This document shows, one piece after another, positions 48,103 to 58,914 of a DNA stretch of 64,000 nt. The DNA is from an uncultured Gammaproteobacteria bacterium. Its GTDB lineage: Bacteria > Patescibacteriota > Patescibacteriia > UBA11705 > JABHMO01. A program made the position numbers and the translations under genes. Each line of letters starts with the position of its first letter. Position 1 is the stretch's first letter. The stretch spans positions 302,172 through 366,171 of the forward strand of contig CAZPYM010000001.1 of assembly GCA_964590105.1 (NCBI GenBank). Direction: 5' to 3'. Below the pieces are notes generated by a model. That model saw only the letters and a list, made by a program, of their open reading frames with translations, did no database searches and was not told where the DNA came from.

Positions 48103-50127
48103 CTACTTTTTATATTCCCGAAAATACCAATTCATAAATTCATAAGCAATCGGCGCGGAGACCGCGCTGCCTTCGCCCGCCTCTTCCACCAAAACCATGA
48201 TTACCATCTCCGCGTTATTATATGGCGCGAAAGCGGCAAACCAGGCATGCGGATTTTTGTCAGTGGACCATTGGGCTGTTCCAGTCTTAGCGGCTGACGT
48301 TACTGGCAAAGAATTTAATATTTTCGCACTGCCGCTCGTTACCGCCTGCCTCATTCCCTGACAAACAATATTAAGAGTTTGATCGCTGATAAAGTCCTGC
48401 CGAATAATTTCTGAATCAATAGCCACATTGTTTTTGGTTTCCTGATCAAAATAATGATCAATAATTTGCGGCTTATATAAAATGCCATTATTGGCAAAAA
48501 CAGAAATATAATTCGCCACTTGCAAAGGCGTAACAAGCAAATCACCCTGCCCAATTGCCAGATGATAACTGTCGCCAATGTACCATTGTTCTTTTTTTGT
48601 TTGCAATTTCCACTCGGGCGTCGGCAAAAATCCTGCTTTCTCATTGGGCAAATCAATTCCCGTGAGCGCATTTAATCCAAAAAGTTCTGCATATTCTTTG
48701 ATCTTTCGGACACCAAGCCCCTCGAAATCGCCATAACCGCCGCCGATAATGTAAAAAAATGTATTGACCGATTCTGCCAAAGCTTTGCGAACATTGGTAA
48801 TACCGTGTCCGCCGGCTTTCCAGTCAGGAAAAAACCATTCGCCAATCCTGATACCGCCAACGCTAAGAAAAGAACTGTTTTCATTAATTATGCCCTGTTC
48901 AAGAGCCGCCGCGGCAATCACTGGCTTGATTGTGGAACCAGACGGGTACTCGCCGCTGACTGCTCTATTAAATAACGGCTTATCCTCATCTGTGATTAAT
49001 TTATCAAAATCAACGCTGGAAATTCCCCTGGAAAACAAATTATTATCATAACTCGGCAAATTCACCAGACTGCGGATCTTGCCATTCCGCGGATCCATAA
49101 CAATGGCTACGGCTTTTTTCTTGTTCAATTTTGCCAAACTATTTTTAATAATTGACTCCAGCTTGGCTTGCATATTTAAATCAATACTCAAAAACAAATT
49201 GTCCCCCTTTTGCATTTCTTCGCGGGCAATGATTTTTACAGCTTTGCCGGAGGAATCAACTTCAATTTGCTCTTTGCCATATTTTCCGCGCAATTGTTCT
49301 TCGAATATCGCTTCAACGCCAGTTTTGCCGACGAAATCATTCAAAAGGTAGCCGCGCGACACTAGTTTGTTATATTCTTCAGAATTTATTTTTCCTTCAT
49401 ACCCGAGAGTGTGCGCCAAGGATGAAACCTTTTGGCTTTGAAAACTATTTAAATAATTTCGGCGCGCCGTTACTTCAATATCAACGCCTTCGTAATTAAC
49501 GCTTTCAATCCTCATCGCCATGGCTTTTTCATATTCCAATCCTTCAATCAACAACACTGGCTCAAAATATTCTTTGGCCTTTGGTGTAATTAATAACAAT
49601 TTTTCCAATGATTCTTCAAATGTTTCCTGTTCAGCCAGATTTTGCCTTAGCCAGGCGATTGTTTTTTCTTTTTCCGCATCAGCCTGCAGGTCAAACATAG
49701 TGACAAAAACAGCAAAACTCGGGACATTCTCCACCAAAGCGATCCCATTGGTATCATAAATAATTCCGCGCGGCGAAACTAGATTAATCAAGCGAATTCG
49801 ATTTTTTTCAGCCAAATTAAAATAATAATCACCGTGCCAGACCTGGATAAACGCGGTCTGACACAGCAATACAAACAAGACAAAATATATAAACAACAAA
49901 AAGCCAACCAGTTTTTTATTTCCCAGGCTGAGCCCCAAATAGTTTTTTCCGGTTTGCGATAATTCCTTGTCGGACAGATTAAGAAAAGCAGCCTCCACCC
50001 ATTCATGGCGATTGCGACTGAGCATAGGACTTTCCTTTAAACGCGAATTGCCGCCCAAAAACAAAAATTCCTCCGCGGAATTATTTTTTTCTTTCATTAA
50101 TATTTTATTGACAATTTTTCTCAACAT
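48103..50127 (-). CDS. mrdA: penicillin-binding protein 2
   Basis: RGIIYD, GSTIK (SxxK), SVN (SxN), KTG; lies in the mreBCD operon. Confidence 0.93.
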   Translation of the reverse strand: MLRKIVNKILMKEKNNSAEEFLFLGGNSRLKESPMLSRNRHEWVEAAFLNLSDKELSQTGKNYLGLSLGNKKLVGFLLFIYFVLFVLLCQTAFIQVWHGDYYFNLAEKNRIRLINLVSPRGIIYDTNGIALVENVPSFAVFVTMFDLQADAEKEKTIAWLRQNLAEQETFEESLEKLLLITPKAKEYFEPVLLIEGLEYEKAMAMRIESVNYEGVDIEVTARRNYLNSFQSQKVSSLAHTLGYEGKINSEEYNKLVSRGYLLNDFVGKTGVEAIFEEQLRGKYGKEQIEVDSSGKAVKIIAREEMQKGDNLFLSIDLNMQAKLESIIKNSLAKLNKKKAVAIVMDPRNGKIRSLVNLPSYDNNLFSRGISSVDFDKLITDEDKPLFNRAVSGEYPSGSTIKPVIAAAALEQGIINENSSFLSVGGIRIGEWFFPDWKAGGHGITNVRKALAESVNTFFYIIGGGYGDFEGLGVRKIKEYAELFGLNALTGIDLPNEKAGFLPTPEWKLQTKKEQWYIGDSYHLAIGQGDLLVTPLQVANYISVFANNGILYKPQIIDHYFDQETKNNVAIDSEIIRQDFISDQTLNIVCQGMRQAVTSGSAKILNSLPVTSAAKTGTAQWSTDKNPHAWFAAFAPYNNAEMVIMVLVEEAGEGSAVSAPIAYEFMNWYFREYKK

Positions 50128-50206
50128 GTGTTAGTTGCTTTTCGTTTATCATAGAACCCGGGACCTGGCAGATAATTTGTTATTTGTATTTTATAATTTC
50201 CTAATA

Positions 50207-50746
50207 CTATCCCTTGACCGTATCCACAAAAACAGCCTTAAAGCGCCGGCTCGAGGCATGAAATATTATAAACATAACTATTGTTAAAACCACATTAAAC
50301 AACAGTTGCCACAAAAGGTCATTGACATAAAAAGCGCCAAAATTCTGCACACTTCCCAAATCCTTGGTCATGGAAAAATAAACAGCGGCGCGAAATCCGA
50401 ATAATATAAAACTATATAAGAGGGTGGCCAGGATACTCAGCCCAATCAAAGTGTAAAACGATTTATTGGTCAACAGATGCTCAAATATTTTATAAACAAT
50501 AAACAAAGTAATCATTAAACTAATAATGATAACGCCAAACGGTAAGACTGAGTAAAGATCCAGCACAAAACCAACAAACAAACCATAGACAACACCCAAA
50601 TAAAAACGATACACCACACAGGTAAAAACCAAAACAACAACAACAATATTTAAATTTTTGTAAACTCCAGGCAAAGTGGGCAACAATGAAATCTGCGTTG
50701 ACAACAACAGCGTTACCACTGCCAAATGCTTAAAAAATTTAATCAT
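50207..50746 (-). CDS. mreD: rod shape-determining protein MreD
   Basis: Multi-TM with G...DLYS..PFG; located between mreC and mrdA. Confidence 0.75.
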   Translation of the reverse strand: MIKFFKHLAVVTLLLSTQISLLPTLPGVYKNLNIVVVVLVFTCVVYRFYLGVVYGLFVGFVLDLYSVLPFGVIIISLMITLFIVYKIFEHLLTNKSFYTLIGLSILATLLYSFILFGFRAAVYFSMTKDLGSVQNFGAFYVNDLLWQLLFNVVLTIVMFIIFHASSRRFKAVFVDTVKG

Positions 50747-51556
50747 TTATTTTATCTCTTTAATAATATTAACCAAAATCACCTTATTAAAATCAACCAT
50801 CGTTTCAATTGAAGCCTCCTGAAAAAGTTCCTCGGGCTCACTTTTGACGCTTTTGACCAAGCCAATCACCAGGCCTTTTGGCACCTTGGGTTCCAAACCG
50901 GAGGTAACGACCACGTCCCCTTCCTTGATTTTTTCGGCCTGCGGCACGAGACGCATGCGCATCCCCAGCCCGTATTCTCCCTCCACCACGCCAATGGTTT
51001 TGCCTTGGTTCTGAACTTTGGCCGCCAGCTTTGACAAATCGTCATTCAATAATAAAACCAATGAGCTGCTGCTACTGACCCGAATCAGCTTGCCAATAAT
51101 TATTCCTTGTTCCGCCAAAACAGGCTGACCGTCAGACAATCCGCTATCTGAACCCTTATCTATTATAATAGCGTTCTCCGCGCTATCCAGATTGCGACCG
51201 ATTACCCTGGCGACTTCAAAATCATAATCATGCTCTTGAATAAATTTCAACTGGGATTTTAGAAATTCATTTTCCTCGGCCTCGACTAAGTATTTGCTTT
51301 TTTCATTTATTAAGGCAATTATCTGATCTTTTAATTCCTTGTTTTCTTCCTCCAATTGCTGCTTTGTCTCATGATTCAGATATTTATCGCCTATCCACGT
51401 TGATGATTTATAAACAAAACTAAAAATAGGTTTAGTTAAATAAACTGTTAATCTTTCCACCGGCCCCAAAACTCCCATGTAGTGCAAAAAAAATAGCAAT
51501 AATATCAATACTACCACTATCAAACTTAATTTTGAACTTTTATTTATTACGAGCAT
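50747..51556 (-). CDS. mreC: rod shape-determining protein MreC
   Basis: ARVIGR, IIDKGSDSG, VVTSGL...PKGLVIG. Confidence 0.92.
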   Translation of the reverse strand: MLVINKSSKLSLIVVVLILLLFFLHYMGVLGPVERLTVYLTKPIFSFVYKSSTWIGDKYLNHETKQQLEEENKELKDQIIALINEKSKYLVEAEENEFLKSQLKFIQEHDYDFEVARVIGRNLDSAENAIIIDKGSDSGLSDGQPVLAEQGIIIGKLIRVSSSSSLVLLLNDDLSKLAAKVQNQGKTIGVVEGEYGLGMRMRLVPQAEKIKEGDVVVTSGLEPKVPKGLVIGLVKSVKSEPEELFQEASIETMVDFNKVILVNIIKEIK

Positions 51557-51641
51557 ACTTCAAATGGGCTGTTACCGAATAGGTGAAGAGAAAAATGGTG
51601 AAGCCAGATCCGATTATGCACCGCTTACCCGAAAGTTATTT

Positions 51642-52697
51642 TTACCTGACCATTTTTTCGTCATTAGCTGACGGCAATAAAACTTGCTTCAGCAATTTAT
51701 CATCATCGAGCAATAAATTAATTCCACGGATCGTACAGGTAGTCGGGTCATCAGCAATTCTAACTGGGATTTCTGTTTCCTTAGCAATTGTTTTTTCAAT
51801 TCCTCGCAATTGAGCCCCGCCGCCACAAAGCACTATACCGCGTTCATATATATCCGCTACCAGCTCCGGTGGCGTTATTTCCAGCACACTCTTGATGGCG
51901 TCTACTATACTAGCGATTGTTCCGGCCATTGCTTCTCTCACTTGATAATCGCTGATAATAATTTCCCGCGGCAGTCCGGAAATAAGGTCGCGACCGCGCA
52001 TTTCCACCGTCATGGCTTCCGGCAATTCACAGGAAGACCCAATTTTGTTTTTTATTGACTCAGCGATCTTCTCGCCGATAAGCAAATTAAAGTGATCGCG
52101 GGCATATTGAATAACATTTTTTGTTAATTCGTCGCCGGCTATCTTCAATGATTTCCAAATTACCACGCCATGCAGTGAAATAACGGCAATCTCTGTTTTG
52201 CCTCCGCCAAGATTAATAATCATGCTGCCGGAAGCGTCATGCACAGGCAGTCTGGCGCCAATGGCCGCGGCCATAATTTCTTCGACTAAATAAATCTGCC
52301 CGGCGCCGGCGCCGAGCGCCGCGTCCTCCACCGCCTTTTTTTCCACCTCGGTCACGTCAAGCGGAATACCGATGATTACACTCGGCCTAGCAGTGAAATT
52401 AAAATTTTCCTGGAATATTTTGTCAAAAAAATACTTAAGCATTTTTTCCGTAACTTCAAAATCTGAAATCACTCCCTTGACCAAAGGATTTGTCAGGGTG
52501 ATGTATGCCGGATTTTTTCCAACCATTTTTCTGGCATCTTCGCCGACCGCGATAATCTGATCAAGTTTATTATTAACCGCGACAATGGAAGGCTCGCTAA
52601 TAATTATCCCTTTGTCCTGTAAACAAACAATGGTATTGGTCGTGCCAAGATCAATGCCTATTTTTTTGGAAAATCGATTTAGAAATCTTCGGAACAT
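51642..52697 (-). CDS. mreB: rod shape-determining protein MreB
   Basis: GIDLGT, EPS.VA, AAAIGA, PPELVADI, GGGA. Confidence 0.93.
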   Translation of the reverse strand: MFRRFLNRFSKKIGIDLGTTNTIVCLQDKGIIISEPSIVAVNNKLDQIIAVGEDARKMVGKNPAYITLTNPLVKGVISDFEVTEKMLKYFFDKIFQENFNFTARPSVIIGIPLDVTEVEKKAVEDAALGAGAGQIYLVEEIMAAAIGARLPVHDASGSMIINLGGGKTEIAVISLHGVVIWKSLKIAGDELTKNVIQYARDHFNLLIGEKIAESIKNKIGSSCELPEAMTVEMRGRDLISGLPREIIISDYQVREAMAGTIASIVDAIKSVLEITPPELVADIYERGIVLCGGGAQLRGIEKTIAKETEIPVRIADDPTTCTIRGINLLLDDDKLLKQVLLPSANDEKMVR

Positions 52698-52765
52698 TTT
52701 ATTATAAATATAAAAAAAATTAAACTGAAAAGCGCAGCTTTATTTTTTTTATTTTGTTTTTATTT

Positions 52766-54007
52766 TTATTGCAGAATTGAAATAACCTTTTCAATCTTGA
52801 TCAGGCTGGTCTCGCTTTCATTTCTTTTTTTCAGCTCCACGCTATTTTTCGCCAGAGTTTTTTCGCTGACTACCAGACGAAAAGGAATCCCCAAAAGATC
52901 GCTGCCATTTAGCTTGATGCCGGCTGACTCTTCTCTGTCATCGAAAAGCACTTCAATGCCCGAGGCGCAAAGTTCAGCATACAGCTTTTCTGCGGCAGAG
53001 AGTATTTTATCGTCTTTTCCGAGAAAAAGCAAATGGACCCGGAACGGCGCAATCTGCTCCGGCCAAATCATCCCGGCCTCATCATGATGCACTTCGACCA
53101 CTGATCCCATCACTCTCGAAGGTCCGATTCCATAGCAGCCCATCACCACGTCCTGGCTTTTGCCTTTTTCATCATTGTATTTAAAATTAAAAGCTGTAGA
53201 ATACTTGGTTTTCAACGGAAAAATATTGCCAACTTCAATAGCTTTTGCCTCCAATATTGGCTCGCCGCATTTCGGACACTTATCCCCTATTTGCAATTCG
53301 CAGATCTCGCTGTTCTGCGCAAAGTCGCATTTGGGACAATACCTCACCGTATCTTCGCCATATTCCGTAAAAACCTGAAACTCGTGCGAATATTTGGAAA
53401 AATCGCCACCGCTGGCCTCAACTATTTTCGCGTCCAAGCCGCACCGACGAAAAACATTTAAATAAGCTTGTTTTGAAGCTTCATAATATTTCCACATATC
53501 CTCTTCATCTCGGTGAAAACTATACAAATCCTTCATGGAAAATTCTATGCCGCGCAAAAGGCCCGACTTGGCTCTCGGTTCATTGCGAAACTTGTCCTGA
53601 ATCTGATAAACCGCGACTGGCAAATCTTTGTACGAATTAACAAACTTTTGAACAAGCGGCGTGACGATTTCTTCGTGCGTCCAGCCCAGACCAAAATCTT
53701 TGTCTCCTCGACTCTTGAATTGAAACATCACCTCCTTGCCCGGATTTTCCCAGCGACCGGTTTTTTGCCACGGTTCTTTTGGCAGTAGTGCCGGCATCAA
53801 AATTTCCTGTCCGCCGATTTTATTCATTTCCTCGCGCACTATATTTTTTATTTTATTCAATGTTCTTAATCCGAGCGGTAAATATGAATAAACTCCGGCC
53901 ATTAGCTTGTCAATAAACCCCGCCCGAATTAAAAGCTGGGAATTTACGCTGACTTCATCTTTTGGCGCTTGTTTGATTGACTTTCCGAGTAATTTTGATT
54001 GACGCAT
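52766..54007 (-). CDS. proS: proline--tRNA ligase (short form)
   Basis: LIRAGFI, THEE, KFRNEPR..GLLR..EF.MKD.YSF, EVGNIF, MGCYGIG. Confidence 0.95.
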   Translation of the reverse strand: MRQSKLLGKSIKQAPKDEVSVNSQLLIRAGFIDKLMAGVYSYLPLGLRTLNKIKNIVREEMNKIGGQEILMPALLPKEPWQKTGRWENPGKEVMFQFKSRGDKDFGLGWTHEEIVTPLVQKFVNSYKDLPVAVYQIQDKFRNEPRAKSGLLRGIEFSMKDLYSFHRDEEDMWKYYEASKQAYLNVFRRCGLDAKIVEASGGDFSKYSHEFQVFTEYGEDTVRYCPKCDFAQNSEICELQIGDKCPKCGEPILEAKAIEVGNIFPLKTKYSTAFNFKYNDEKGKSQDVVMGCYGIGPSRVMGSVVEVHHDEAGMIWPEQIAPFRVHLLFLGKDDKILSAAEKLYAELCASGIEVLFDDREESAGIKLNGSDLLGIPFRLVVSEKTLAKNSVELKKRNESETSLIKIEKVISILQ

Positions 54008-54152
54008 AGTATTACGGATTTACAGATTTAGATTGTCCAGATTTTAAAGATTCGAGGAGCTGCAAGCATATAGCGCTTGTGCAAACCAGACAGTTTTGTT
54101 GCCGATGCAACAGCAATCCGTACTATCTGTATACAAATCCGTATATCTGAAA

Positions 54153-54539
54153 TTACTTATTAAATTTTTTATATGAAATAAAGAAAAGTTCCACAAACGA
54201 CAAAATAAAAATAATTATAATCAAGATCCACCAGGTCAGAAACTTTTGGCTTTGCAGAATCAACGAAGCGATTATTAAAACTGTAAATAAAATTGATTGC
54301 CGGGAAGCAATATTAATCCCGCGATTGGCGATTTCGTCTTTTTTTAATATAATCGTTCTGATTAAAAATCCTAAAATTGAAAAAGTCCCAATCAAGGAAA
54401 ACGACAAACTGGTATAAAACAAAATTAAAGCCAGCCAAATATTTTGCAGAGGGCTGATGAAAAATAAAACATAGAACCAGGCCGCCCAGCAAAGCAAAGT
54501 ACAGATTGCCAGAATTAATAAATATTTTGATAAACTCAT
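54153..54539 (-). CDS. 4-TM hypothetical membrane protein
   Basis: Hydrophobic ORF with SRQ motif. Confidence 0.7.
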   Translation of the reverse strand: MSLSKYLLILAICTLLCWAAWFYVLFFISPLQNIWLALILFYTSLSFSLIGTFSILGFLIRTIILKKDEIANRGINIASRQSILFTVLIIASLILQSQKFLTWWILIIIIFILSFVELFFISYKKFNK

Positions 54540-54674
54540 ATCATTAATCATTCTTCATGGATCATAGAACATTGTTCCTGCAGCAACTCTTCTCCTTTCG
54601 ATTGTTCTATTTTCCACGTTATGCGTTATGCGATACGCAATCCTATTATATTCTAGCATTATATCACCTGTTTT

Positions 54675-54977
54675 TCAATGCCTTTTTTGCACAATATTTA
54701 TCTTTTTCACCGTGCCTTGTGTAAACTTTTGATTGACCGCTTCAATTATAGTATTTTTCTTAAAACTAATTTCCTGAGCAATGATAGCATTCTGACAGAT
54801 AATTTTTAATATCTGCTTTTTTAATGAAACCGCTCTTGCCATTTCAGCACCTTTTTTGCCCCAAAGTTCACTGATCTTTTTATTGGCAAATTCAATAATC
54901 AAGCTGGCTGTAATCTGCTTGGCCATGGGTGACTTTTGAAATTTATTCGCCATGATATTTTTCAGTGAATCCGGCAT
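54675..54977 (-). CDS. DUF721/DciA-family protein
   Basis: W......A..VS.K...L.I.C.....AQEI.F....II..VN.......VKKI. Confidence 0.7.
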   Translation of the reverse strand: MPDSLKNIMANKFQKSPMAKQITASLIIEFANKKISELWGKKGAEMARAVSLKKQILKIICQNAIIAQEISFKKNTIIEAVNQKFTQGTVKKINIVQKRH

Positions 54978-55320
54978 ATTTTAGCTCTATTTTTTTGTCT
55001 AAATTAATTGTTAATTTCCTCGTTTTCTCAATCTCTATCCCTACGTTGACAAAAGATAACTAATGTGCCGTATTTTTATAATAACTGGCTCCTGCTTTCA
55101 GCCGGCTATCTGTATCAGTAGCCTGAAAACGATCACACAGAGCTCACCAAGCCACACTACACTAGCGGCTACGGAAACTGCAGGGAGTGCGGCTGCGACA
55201 ACATGCTGTATGTCAGCACCGCGGTCACACTTTAGGATGTTCCTCCCACATCCAACTCCAATCACAATTGGAAAAGACTCATTATCACGGTAGGTCTTTT
55301 CTTTTACATTTTTATTTTTC

Positions 55321-55363
55321 CAACTTACAACTTTTAACTTACGACTTACAACTTACAACTTAC
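55321..55363. repeat. 7-mer tandem repeat (CAACTTA-like)x6 overlapping the UvrD stop codon
   Basis: CAACTTACAACTTTTAACTTACGACTTACAACTTACAACTTAC. Confidence 0.8.
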
Positions 55364-58332
55364 TTCCTAAACTCGCATATCCCACGGTACTCGCAAAAAC
55401 CGCAAACATGTTGGCTCGGACTAGGCTCAAAATTTTGATTTTCAATTTGTCTGGCATTTTCAATAAAACGTTCTGTTAGTTTTTGTTTGGCTTTTTCATT
55501 ACCAAGGAAAGGAATGGTTTCATTTTCCTCCAAATAATGATATACCAAGCTGTCAACTTTTAGATTCAATGATTGTTCCGCCGCCAGCTGGTACAAAAGC
55601 AACTGATTTTTTTCATCTGCTGAAAGTTTTTGTTTGGCTGCGCCGGTTTTGTAATCAATGATTTTAACTTTACCGTCCAGAGCTTCATCAATCCGGTCAA
55701 TTCGGCCGCTAAAATCATAGCCGCCAAGTTTTAATTTAAAAATCTGTTCCAAAAATTTTACTTTGGGTTTTTTAATTTGAAAATCATTCCAAAAATTCTT
55801 TAATAATTCTTTGCCCTTTTTATAATACTCTTGCTTTTGTTTTTCATCCTGATACCAGTCGTCAAGCCAGCAGTCATCATAAATTTCATATAATGTTTCA
55901 AGACCTATTCCACTTAATGCCTCTGCCTTGCCGGAGTCAAACAAATTCTGCTGATTGGTATTTTGAAATTGAAAATTTCGCTCTAAAAACTTTTGCAGAG
56001 TGTTGTGAATTGCCGAACCAAAAGAAAAATAATGAGTGCCGAATGTTGGTATTTTCAAAATATTAGCAAACTTGTATTTAAGCGGGCAGGTTTCATAGGC
56101 CTGCATTTGCGAAAAGCTAAATCTTTTTGGAATTTCATAAATAATTTTTTTATCCTGCTCCATTTGTTCAACCTGCTTGCCCTGAACCGACTGAGCTTCT
56201 CGAAGACTGGCTTGGGGTTCCAATCGCGTCACTTGCTCCCCCATTTCCAGCAAAAAACGCGATAATTTTTTCTTTCTAGCACCGCCGTAATCTTCCGCTG
56301 AAGTGAAATACAGGCCCTTTTTCGCGCGGGTCATGGCCACATAAAATAATCTGCGCTCTTCTTCCAAATGAAAATCGCCTTGCGGAATTTTTTCCCGAAT
56401 CAAGGCGTCGGGAATTTGAATGGTTTCCCTTCTCTCGTCAGTAGGAAACTTGCGGTCAACCAAATTAACAATAAACACGTAATCAAATTCCAATCCCTTG
56501 GCACCATGTATAGTCATCACCCGGACCATATCAGGTCCAGCCTCCACGTCAAAAGACAACTTGCCACTTTCTCCGGCCTGCATTTCCATTTCCACCATTT
56601 CCATAAAATCTTTTAATCGCGGCGCTTCCGAGTCTGTTTCAAAATTTTGAATTTTTTTATAAAATTGCTGAACATAACTAAGATTTTCTCTGGCCAGACG
56701 CTCATCCTGAGATTCTAAATATTTCAGATAACCGGAATCATACATAAAACCAAGCAGGATTTCAGATGGTTTCTTGTTTTTTGCGAGCACGCTGTGCTTT
56801 TCAACCTGGCAAATCAATTTATTAACGATTGATAATGCTTCCGCAGTTATACCAGGCACACCGGCTGCCAGCTTCAAAGATTCGTAAAGTGAAATTGATT
56901 TTCGTTTTGAAAAATGCGCCAGCAAAACAATCTGCCCCGGCGTCAAATTCAGGAAAGGAATATTCAAAACTCTGAATACTGCCGCGCTCTCATGATAATT
57001 GTCCAATAATTTCAGGTAACTGATAATATCCACAATAACCGGTTTATCATAAAGTCCGCGCATGGCCAGAAACTGATACGGAATTCCGGAACTTTCAAGC
57101 GCGTTTGTAAATGCCTTGGCGCTGTCATTGGCTCTGACCAAAATAGCAAAATCAGACCATGTGGCTTCGGCATCTGAATTTTTTATTTGAATAATCTTTT
57201 GAACTGCGGCCGCTGATTCATCTTCAACTGTTTGTTCATGAATATGCTCAATCTGACATTCAACTTGCTTGTGCGATTTTAGTTTTTTGTCAATGCCCAG
57301 CTTTTCTTCCAGACGACACGGATTATTTTGTTTAATAAATTCATAGGACAAATCAAGAATCGGCTGGCAGGATCGATAGTTGTCAGTCAACACAACTTCG
57401 CAGGCATCCGGAAAATCATCTTTAAACTGCAATATATTGGTGATCGAACTACCACGAAATCTGTAAATACTCTGATCATCATCGCCCACAACCGTAATAT
57501 TGTTTTTTGGAAAGGCCAGCAGCTTGATCAATTCATATTGCACAAAATTTGTATCCTGAAATTCATCAACCAAAATATATTTAAATTGCTGGCGATATTT
57601 TTGCAAAATGAGCGGCCTGTCTTTGAAAAGTTTGATGGTCCAAGCAATCATGTCAGCGAAATCAAGACTGTTGTTTGCCAACAATATTTGCTGATACGTG
57701 TGGTAAGCGCCCGCAATTTCTTCGATCCGCAAAATTTCTTGCTTTTGCATTTGTTCTTTTTCTTTTTCCGACAAATCATCTAGATCTAACTGCTTAATAA
57801 ATTCAGCCGCGTCAGTATTCATTTTTATTTCTTCGGCGTATTTCAAATATTGTTCCGGATAAATGCCTTCGTCTTTGCACCTGGAAAAATGTTTGATCAA
57901 GGCATGAATAAATTTCGCCGGATTACCAAGCGGACGATAATAATCCAAATTGAATTTGTCTAAATTTTTTCGCACCAATAGCCAAGTTTCAGTTTCATCG
58001 AGCAATTTATAATTGTCCGCTAGACCGATATCAAGCGCATGGCGTTTCAAAACCTTGTCGCAAAATGCGTGAAAAGTGTCAATCCACAAATCCACATAAC
58101 CGTAAGGTAGCATTTTATCTACTCGCTCTTCCATTTCCTCCGCCGCTTTTTCTGTGAAAGTTAGGGCTAGAATTTCATCAACTTTTAACCCTTTTTCAAT
58201 AATAAGCCAGGCTATCCTGGCGGTAATAACACGGGTTTTGCCTGTGCCTGCGCCGGCCACGATCAACTGCGGTCCGTCGCCATGCATAATGGCCTTTTGC
58301 TGCGCTTGATTTGATTCGGAAATAATGCTCAT
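55360..58332 (-). CDS. UvrD/PcrA-family helicase fused to a PD-(D/E)XK nuclease with Fe-S staple
   Basis: AGAGTGKT, VDEFQDTN, VGDDDQSIY, HGAKGLEF, EERRLFYVAMTRAK; CP..Y, GRIDRID, IIDYKTG, CGFC.Y..IC. Confidence 0.92.
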   Translation of the reverse strand: MSIISESNQAQQKAIMHGDGPQLIVAGAGTGKTRVITARIAWLIIEKGLKVDEILALTFTEKAAEEMEERVDKMLPYGYVDLWIDTFHAFCDKVLKRHALDIGLADNYKLLDETETWLLVRKNLDKFNLDYYRPLGNPAKFIHALIKHFSRCKDEGIYPEQYLKYAEEIKMNTDAAEFIKQLDLDDLSEKEKEQMQKQEILRIEEIAGAYHTYQQILLANNSLDFADMIAWTIKLFKDRPLILQKYRQQFKYILVDEFQDTNFVQYELIKLLAFPKNNITVVGDDDQSIYRFRGSSITNILQFKDDFPDACEVVLTDNYRSCQPILDLSYEFIKQNNPCRLEEKLGIDKKLKSHKQVECQIEHIHEQTVEDESAAAVQKIIQIKNSDAEATWSDFAILVRANDSAKAFTNALESSGIPYQFLAMRGLYDKPVIVDIISYLKLLDNYHESAAVFRVLNIPFLNLTPGQIVLLAHFSKRKSISLYESLKLAAGVPGITAEALSIVNKLICQVEKHSVLAKNKKPSEILLGFMYDSGYLKYLESQDERLARENLSYVQQFYKKIQNFETDSEAPRLKDFMEMVEMEMQAGESGKLSFDVEAGPDMVRVMTIHGAKGLEFDYVFIVNLVDRKFPTDERRETIQIPDALIREKIPQGDFHLEEERRLFYVAMTRAKKGLYFTSAEDYGGARKKKLSRFLLEMGEQVTRLEPQASLREAQSVQGKQVEQMEQDKKIIYEIPKRFSFSQMQAYETCPLKYKFANILKIPTFGTHYFSFGSAIHNTLQKFLERNFQFQNTNQQNLFDSGKAEALSGIGLETLYEIYDDCWLDDWYQDEKQKQEYYKKGKELLKNFWNDFQIKKPKVKFLEQIFKLKLGGYDFSGRIDRIDEALDGKVKIIDYKTGAAKQKLSADEKNQLLLYQLAAEQSLNLKVDSLVYHYLEENETIPFLGNEKAKQKLTERFIENARQIENQNFEPSPSQHVCGFCEYRGICEFRK

Positions 58333-58455
58333 ATGTGATCATATTATCACGGAAGCTGAAAATTTGAAAGCGCGATCAGGCACGATTTCATCAGCGCAAA
58401 TCTTTACTAAATTGTAATTAAACAAAAAACTCTGCGCAACTTTCTACGCAGAGAA

Positions 58456-58767
58456 TTATACCTTAATCCACCCTTTTTCTTCTGAATAATAGAACACGGC
58501 CTGAAAAGCAATTGTCGGCCTCCCGCCTTCATTAATGATTTCACCATTCAGATAGGCATCGCCGGCTGTAAAAAAAACTTTTATTGGCTTCACATAAATC
58601 TCTCCTTCGGTCTGAAGAGTCAAACGAAGGCAGAGCTTCTTTGCCAAGGCAAGGGAAACATTTCTTTTGCTGGGCAATCGCTCAAGCAATATCTCTTGAC
58701 CAGCATTAAGCAAGAACATCTGTCCTCGCTGTTGAAAAGCTACTTTTCGGCTTGTTTTTTTGGACAT
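58456..58767 (-). CDS. orphan hypothetical protein (cassette)
   Basis: 103 aa; SD GAGGAGGTGA; TTGACA-N17-TAAATT promoter; CTCTGCG...CGCAGAG terminator. Confidence 0.7.
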   Translation of the reverse strand: MSKKTSRKVAFQQRGQMFLLNAGQEILLERLPSKRNVSLALAKKLCLRLTLQTEGEIYVKPIKVFFTAGDAYLNGEIINEGGRPTIAFQAVFYYSEEKGWIKV

Positions 58768-58914
58768 TTCACCTCCTCAATTTGAACATTTCAATTTATC
58801 AACAATTACCATTTTTGTCAACATCAACCACGCAATTTATCTTGACCAATGAATTTTTATGTGTTATTCTAAAATTACGTTTTTTAGCAGAACTGTTAAC
58901 AGCAAGGAGGAACC

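Noticed and set aside
51560-51640. Possible ncRNA between mreB and mreC (and at 47280-47420)
   Set aside because: No recognisable tRNA, SRP, tmRNA or riboswitch motif and no convincing stem.
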